Below the pieces are notes generated by a model. The model was not told the origin of the DNA and searched no databases. It was given only the letters and a program-made list of their open reading frames with translations. Shown piece after piece: positions 1 to 9,574 of a DNA stretch of 9,574 nucleotides. The translations under genes and the position numbers were made by a program. The stretch comes from a virus, in the UHGV virus genome UHGV-1960391; one strand, 5' to 3'. The first letter of the stretch is position 1; each line of letters opens with the position of its first letter.

Positions 1-786
1 GGAGTTCAGGGAGGAACCGCCGGAAGTGCTGCCACCGGAGGAACCGCCGGAAGTGCTGCCACCGGATGAACCGCCGGAAGTGCTGCCACCGGATGAACCG
101 CCAGAAGTGCTACCACCGGATGAACCGCCAGAAGTGCTGCCACCGGACGAACCGCCGGAATTATCACCACCGTCAGTATTACCGTTATTCCCTTTATCAT
201 CAGTATCTCCGCTATCACCTTTATCTTCTGTATCTTCTTTATCAGAATAAGCCGGATCAACAGTTACAGGTTTCCAGGTAGCGGTACAAGAATCTGTACC
301 ATCGGGACAAATAATAGCAACACCCGTTGCCTCATAAATGCATCCATGAATGGTGACATATTTATTCCCTTTATCATCCTTATAAACACCTGACAAAGAA
401 ACATTACTAAGCTCAGGACGGGATAAACAAACCTCTTCCGTGGGTTTAGCTGAATACGAAGCACCAAAATATTGACCGTAAAAGCTATCCTTACACTGAG
501 AATAAACCTTAACACCATCCTCAAAATGGTAAGACTTATAAGAGATCCAGTTACCTGTAACCAGTAAAAATGGCATACCCAAAAGATGATTAGTATCGCT
601 GTAAGACGTAGTACAATAAAACGTATCACCTGAGCAGGATGCATATCCAGTAGTACAGGGTGGAGCTACACCGGCCCTTGCAACACGGGTACCGGAACCT
701 GCATCACCAAGAAATTCTGTCGTTGAAGCTGCATATGCAGAATTAAATGAAAAAACAGCAACAAGGAAAATAAATATATATGCCAA
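1..786 (-). CDS. Minor coat/adsorption protein g3p (pIII)-like, N-terminal 262 codons only; C-terminal part lies beyond the window start
   Basis: Hand translation of the minus strand from TTG at 786..784 (preceded by GGGGGTGAG, in-frame TGA just upstream) is open to position 1. It gives a signal-peptide-like N-terminus (LAYIFIFLVAVFSFNSAYA), a Cys-rich domain, a segment VYKDDKGNKYVTIHGCIYEATGVAIICPDGTDSCTATWKP resembling the Ff g3p N1 domain as I recall it (VWKDDKTLDRYANYEGCLWNATGVVVCTGDETQCYGTWVP), then an acidic stretch and (GGSSGGSTS)n linker. Not in the ORF track because there is no in-window stop. The TTG start is unverified. Confidence 0.7.
   Translation of the reverse strand, partial: MAYIFIFLVAVFSFNSAYAASTTEFLGDAGSGTRVARAGVAPPCTTGYASCSGDTFYCTTSYSDTNHLLGMPFLLVTGNWISYKSYHFEDGVKVYSQCKDSFYGQYFGASYSAKPTEEVCLSRPELSNVSLSGVYKDDKGNKYVTIHGCIYEATGVAIICPDGTDSCTATWKPVTVDPAYSDKEDTEDKGDSGDTDDKGNNGNTDGGDNSGGSSGGSTSGGSSGGSTSGGSSGGSTSGGSSGGSTSGGSSGGSTSGGSSLNS
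14..170. repeat. About 5.5 copies of a 27-bp tandem repeat (GAACCGCCGGAAGTGCTGCCACCGGAT) encoding the Gly/Ser linker of the left g3p
   Basis: Directly visible near-identical 27-bp units at 14-40, 41-67, 68-94, 95-121, 122-148, with a partial sixth unit; the repeat likely continues beyond the window start. Confidence 0.85.
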
Positions 787-802
787 GACTCACCCCCTGA
801 AT

Positions 803-833
803 AAGCAAAAAAAGCGCCCCGCAGGGCGCTGTT
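803..833 (-). terminator. Rho-independent terminator downstream of the pVIII-like gene (minus strand)
   Basis: Inverted repeat AGCGCCC-cgca-GGGCGCT (813-830); on the minus strand the stem-loop is followed by a run of about 8 T (complement of the A-run at 804-812). Position matches the strong terminator after gene VIII in Ff phages. Confidence 0.6.
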
Positions 834-845
834 GTTAAATAACTA

Positions 846-1106
<261 letters not shown>

Positions 1107-1113
1107 TTAAAAA

Positions 1114-1284
1114 TTAATTAACAACATCGCTGAACATCCGGCAGACCAGAGTGAAAATAACACCAAGGCCAAAACCAAGAAGCCAGCAGACAATCCAGAC
1201 ATACAGAACGGCCCAGTAAAGCTCCCCGTCCTGTACACCAGAATTTATTGCGGATAAAACACCGCTGAAATCGAATTCAGTCAT
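1114..1284 (-). CDS. Small hydrophobic protein, candidate minor virion protein (pVII/pIX position)
   Basis: Track ORF 1114..1317; I favour the internal ATG at 1284 (MTEFDFSG...WAVLYVWIVCWLLGFGLGVIFTLVCRMF), which overlaps the upstream stop as ATGACTGA. One predicted TM helix; function assigned by position only. Confidence 0.4.
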   Translation of the reverse strand: MTEFDFSGVLSAINSGVQDGELYWAVLYVWIVCWLLGFGLGVIFTLVCRMFSDVVN

Positions 1285-1417
1285 AATAACGCTGAACAGT
1301 AATGATTTGTGAGTCACAGGCGCGAATCAGTTTTATTCCGATGCCAAAACCTGAAGAGAATAAAATCATTGCAGGCGCAGCGAATAAAACAAAGTTAAGA
1401 AAATCAGCGTCAGACAT
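1277..1417 (-). CDS. Small hydrophobic protein, candidate minor virion protein (pVII/pIX position)
   Basis: Track ORF 1277..1471; I favour the internal ATG at 1417 immediately after the upstream stop (MSDADFLNFVLFAAPAMILFSSGFGIGIKLIR...). Hydrophobic core with GIGIK motif; function by position only. Confidence 0.35.
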   Translation of the reverse strand: MSDADFLNFVLFAAPAMILFSSGFGIGIKLIRACDSQIITVQRYYD

Positions 1418-1421
1418 ATCA

Positions 1422-1847
1422 TCAGCCTTTTTCTTTACCTGCGGGCAGTGCACCCAGTGGCTGACCGTCAAAACGTTTCATGGAGCCGGAAATAAAACGA
1501 TACCAGACGCCATGACGTTCAGAGCCTGTTGCCCATGAATTCACATCCACCGTGAGATAAACAGGTTTACCCTTCAGGTCAGGACATGAATTAAAAAATT
1601 TAAAATCCTCCTCAGTACAGGAAAAGCGCTCATGCTCCTCACGACGGACTTTTAATTTTTTGTCCTCATACGGATAGGCAATAACAATGGCATATTTGGG
1701 TTTAGCCTCAGGGTTATAATGAGTACCACCGGGCTTTAACTCCTCATCATTTATAACAGTGGCGTGAATAAAATATCCCGCCATTGTCATACCTGCGGTA
1801 AAACCATCAGGGGAAGGAAACGGAAAGCTGTCGTAAATTTGATTCAT
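1422..1847 (-). CDS. Hypothetical 141-aa protein in the gene V position (possible ssDNA-binding protein; unproven)
   Basis: Complete ORF with good RBS (GAGGAG about 8 nt upstream of ATG at 1847), directly downstream of Rep. No motif I can recognise; larger than Ff gV (87 aa). Confidence 0.6.
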   Translation of the reverse strand: MNQIYDSFPFPSPDGFTAGMTMAGYFIHATVINDEELKPGGTHYNPEAKPKYAIVIAYPYEDKKLKVRREEHERFSCTEEDFKFFNSCPDLKGKPVYLTVDVNSWATGSERHGVWYRFISGSMKRFDGQPLGALPAGKEKG

Positions 1848-1877
1848 AAATCAGACTCCTCAATGTTAAAAATTCAG

Positions 1878-3970
<2,093 letters not shown>

Positions 3971-3983
3971 TGGAGATGGGCGA

Positions 3984-4166
3984 ATGAAAAGAAAGGCAAT
4001 AGCAATTACAGAATCAACATATCTGGATATTACTAGAATAGCCCTTGAGATAAGCCAAAAAACAGGGCAAATAGTTACATGGTCGGAAGTTGTACACTTT
4101 ATGATAAAAAACTACTTAAACGACGCAAAACAAGACATGATCCACCAAAGAAACCAAAAAAAATAA
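3984..4166 (+). CDS. Ribbon-helix-helix (CopG/Arc/MetJ-like) DNA-binding protein, candidate phage repressor/regulator
   Basis: 60-aa ORF with SD GGAG about 8 nt upstream. Sequence MKRKAIAITESTYLDITRIALEISQKTGQIVTWSEVVHFMIKNYL fits the RHH pattern (basic N-term, alternating beta-strand AIAIT, helix A, G-x turn, helix B). Divergent from Rep, the arrangement of rstR/rstA-like control modules. Confidence 0.55.
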   Translation: MKRKAIAITESTYLDITRIALEISQKTGQIVTWSEVVHFMIKNYLNDAKQDMIHQRNQKK

Positions 4167-4208
4167 CATCGTAGTTACCTATAGATACGAAGATTGCTAA
4201 GAAGCAAT

Positions 4209-4364
4209 ATGCAGACAACCAGTGACTTAATTCTTGACCTGCTGATAAAGCATTTTGTTGTGGATAGCATTACAGGCATGACGATGTTCGGCCTGATAAC
4301 GCTTGTTCTTCCGTTGGTGATGACCATACACGACAAAATGAACAGGCGCACAGACTCCTTTTAA
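4209..4364 (+). CDS. Possible small membrane protein (51 aa), below the ORF-track threshold
   Basis: Hand-translated: MQTTSDLILDLLIKHFVVDSITGMTMFGLITLVLPLVMTIHDKMNRRTDSF*; weak RBS (AAGAAG); hydrophobic C-terminal half; ends 5 bp before hairpin A. Confidence 0.25.
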   Translation: MQTTSDLILDLLIKHFVVDSITGMTMFGLITLVLPLVMTIHDKMNRRTDSF

Positions 4365-4369
4365 GATTC

Positions 4370-4463
4370 AGTGCGCACAATGACGTTATGTGTAAAAAGG
4401 CCGCTGCGGTGGAAAGTATCGCAGCGGCCTTTTCAACATAACGCGTGTCACATTATGCGCACT
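4370..4463. other. 94-bp imperfect palindrome A with dif-like XerC/XerD-arm motifs at both ends (candidate folded attP / origin hairpin)
   Basis: AGTGCGCACAA-TGACG-TTATGTGTAAA ... GGCCGCTGCG-loop-CGCAGCGGCC ... TTTCAACATAA-CGCGTGTCACA-TTATGCGCACT. Outer arms resemble E. coli dif (GGTGCGCATAA-TGTATA-TTATGTTAAAT, recalled), with asymmetric central regions (5 nt vs 11 nt). Confidence 0.5.
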
Positions 4464-4554
4464 GTTATAGCAGTTATCGATAAGACAAAAAGATACCCCA
4501 TCACCATAAGAAAAATACATGAGAAAAAAACAAATAAATCATCACGTTAAAAGC

Positions 4555-4648
4555 AGTGCGTACAAGAGCGTTATGTGTAAATCGGGCGCGGCGATCGCCA
4601 TTTTCGCCGCACCCGATTCAACATAACGGCATATACCTTATACGCACT
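4555..4648. other. 94-bp imperfect palindrome B, paralogue of A with compensatory substitutions (candidate folded attP / origin hairpin)
   Basis: AGTGCGTACAA-GAGCG-TTATGTGTAAA ... ATCGGGCGCGGCGA-loop-TCGCCGCACCCGAT ... TTCAACATAA-CGGCATATACC-TTATACGCACT. Same length and same end motifs as A; central stem sequence differs entirely but remains self-complementary. Confidence 0.5.
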
Positions 4649-4918
4649 GCAATGAGATGCGGTAAAAACAGACTGAAAGCCACATCGAATCCTCACCAGA
4701 ACGCTGTAAATCATCAATTCCATCAACATGCCACATCAATGCATGGACGACTCACGCCTTGCGTCGTTCGTCTCGCTGACTGCCCGTTTAAAGGCGGTCT
4801 GGCAGGCGGCGCGTTGCGCTGTCTCCTGCTGCTCTGTCATCTCTCACTGGCTTCGGCGGGCTGACAGCTGCGTCACATGAAACATCATCATGCCGCCTTC
4901 CATGCCGCTGGCGCGGCA

Positions 4919-7236
<2,318 letters not shown>

Positions 7237-7244
7237 TCACCCGT

Positions 7245-7535
<291 letters not shown>

Positions 7536-7548
7536 TCACCACCTGATA

Positions 7549-9238
<1,690 letters not shown>

Positions 9239-9252
<14 letters not shown>

Positions 9253-9430
9253 GACCACCCCCAAAATCAAAAGAGAAAGGCTTAACAATGTTGCGAAAAT
9301 CACGGTCAGAAACTTCTGAAACAGATGAAACAATATAATCATCAACAGTTATATTCTGTCGTTCGATAATTTTTTCTATCTTCTTTATTACATCAACGGG
9401 TATTTGTAGCCGGATTTCTGTCTTTTGCAT
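9239..9430 (-). CDS. Hypothetical small protein, possibly ribbon-helix-helix-like, between terminator and g3p
   Basis: 63-aa ORF; MQKTEIRLQIPVDVIKKIEKIIERQNITVDDYIVSSVSE fits a beta-strand/helix/helix pattern; weak RBS; 3' end overlaps the preferred g3p start by 14 nt. Confidence 0.3.
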
Positions 9431-9526
9431 AAAAACTCACATATTACTCTTAAAACCCATAACACAACAAAGCCCACAAAGAGAGCCGTACATCATGAAA
9501 ATAAATTCCCACATAAAGAACTCCGA

Positions 9527-9550
9527 TCAAAAAAGGGCGGATATCCGCCC
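9527..9550 (-). terminator. Rho-independent terminator (minus strand), presumably ending an upstream coat-gene transcript outside the window
   Basis: Perfect palindrome GGGCGGAT/ATCCGCCC (9535-9550), followed on the minus strand by TTTTTT (complement of A-run 9528-9534). Confidence 0.55.
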
Positions 9551-9574
9551 TTCCCCATAAAAACAACTCAGATA

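Noticed and set aside
6-281. Track ORFs 6..260 (-), 26..250 (+), 66..281 (+) with PVAALPAV / PPEVLPPDEPPEV / MNRQKC repeats
   Set aside because: All are alternative-frame or antisense readings of the 27-bp tandem repeat; the frame giving a coherent g3p-like protein (signal peptide, N1-like motif, Gly/Ser linker) is the unlisted minus frame open from 786 to 1.
264-644. Track ORF 264..644 (-) 126 aa
   Set aside because: Out of frame with the g3p-like reading; low-complexity hydrophobic translation without start context.
4556-4864. Plus-strand ORF 4556..4864 (102 aa)
   Set aside because: Begins inside hairpin B and runs through GC-rich inverted repeats; Arg/His/Cys-rich low-complexity translation, no RBS. 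More likely structured non-coding DNA.

Overview
The window is almost entirely integrated filamentous-phage (inovirus, Ff-like gene order) DNA, with all phage structural and replication genes on the minus strand. Reading the minus strand from 9574 down: a rho-independent terminator, a small RHH-like ORF, a g3p/pIII-like adsorption protein with a long (Gly-Thr)n linker, pVI-like, pI/Zot-like assembly NTPase and pIV secretin (9550..4919). Then a ~1 kb intergenic region (4918..3891) containing two paralogous 94-bp dif-like palindromic hairpin elements, a plus-strand ribbon-helix-helix regulator and TGTTAA-type operator repeats. Then a rolling-circle Rep (two-tyrosine YxxKY motif), a gV-position protein, two small hydrophobic ORFs, a pVIII-like major coat protein, a terminator, and the start of a second, unrelated g3p/pIII gene that runs off the left edge. 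Two different g3p genes, each preceded by its own terminator, imply two distinct filamentous prophages in tandem, or a mosaic, joined in the intergenic region. The most interesting element is the pair of dif-like hairpins with compensatory base changes, which are candidate XerCD-dependent folded attP sites or origin hairpins. All calls are from reading the sequence and recalled family knowledge; no database search was run.
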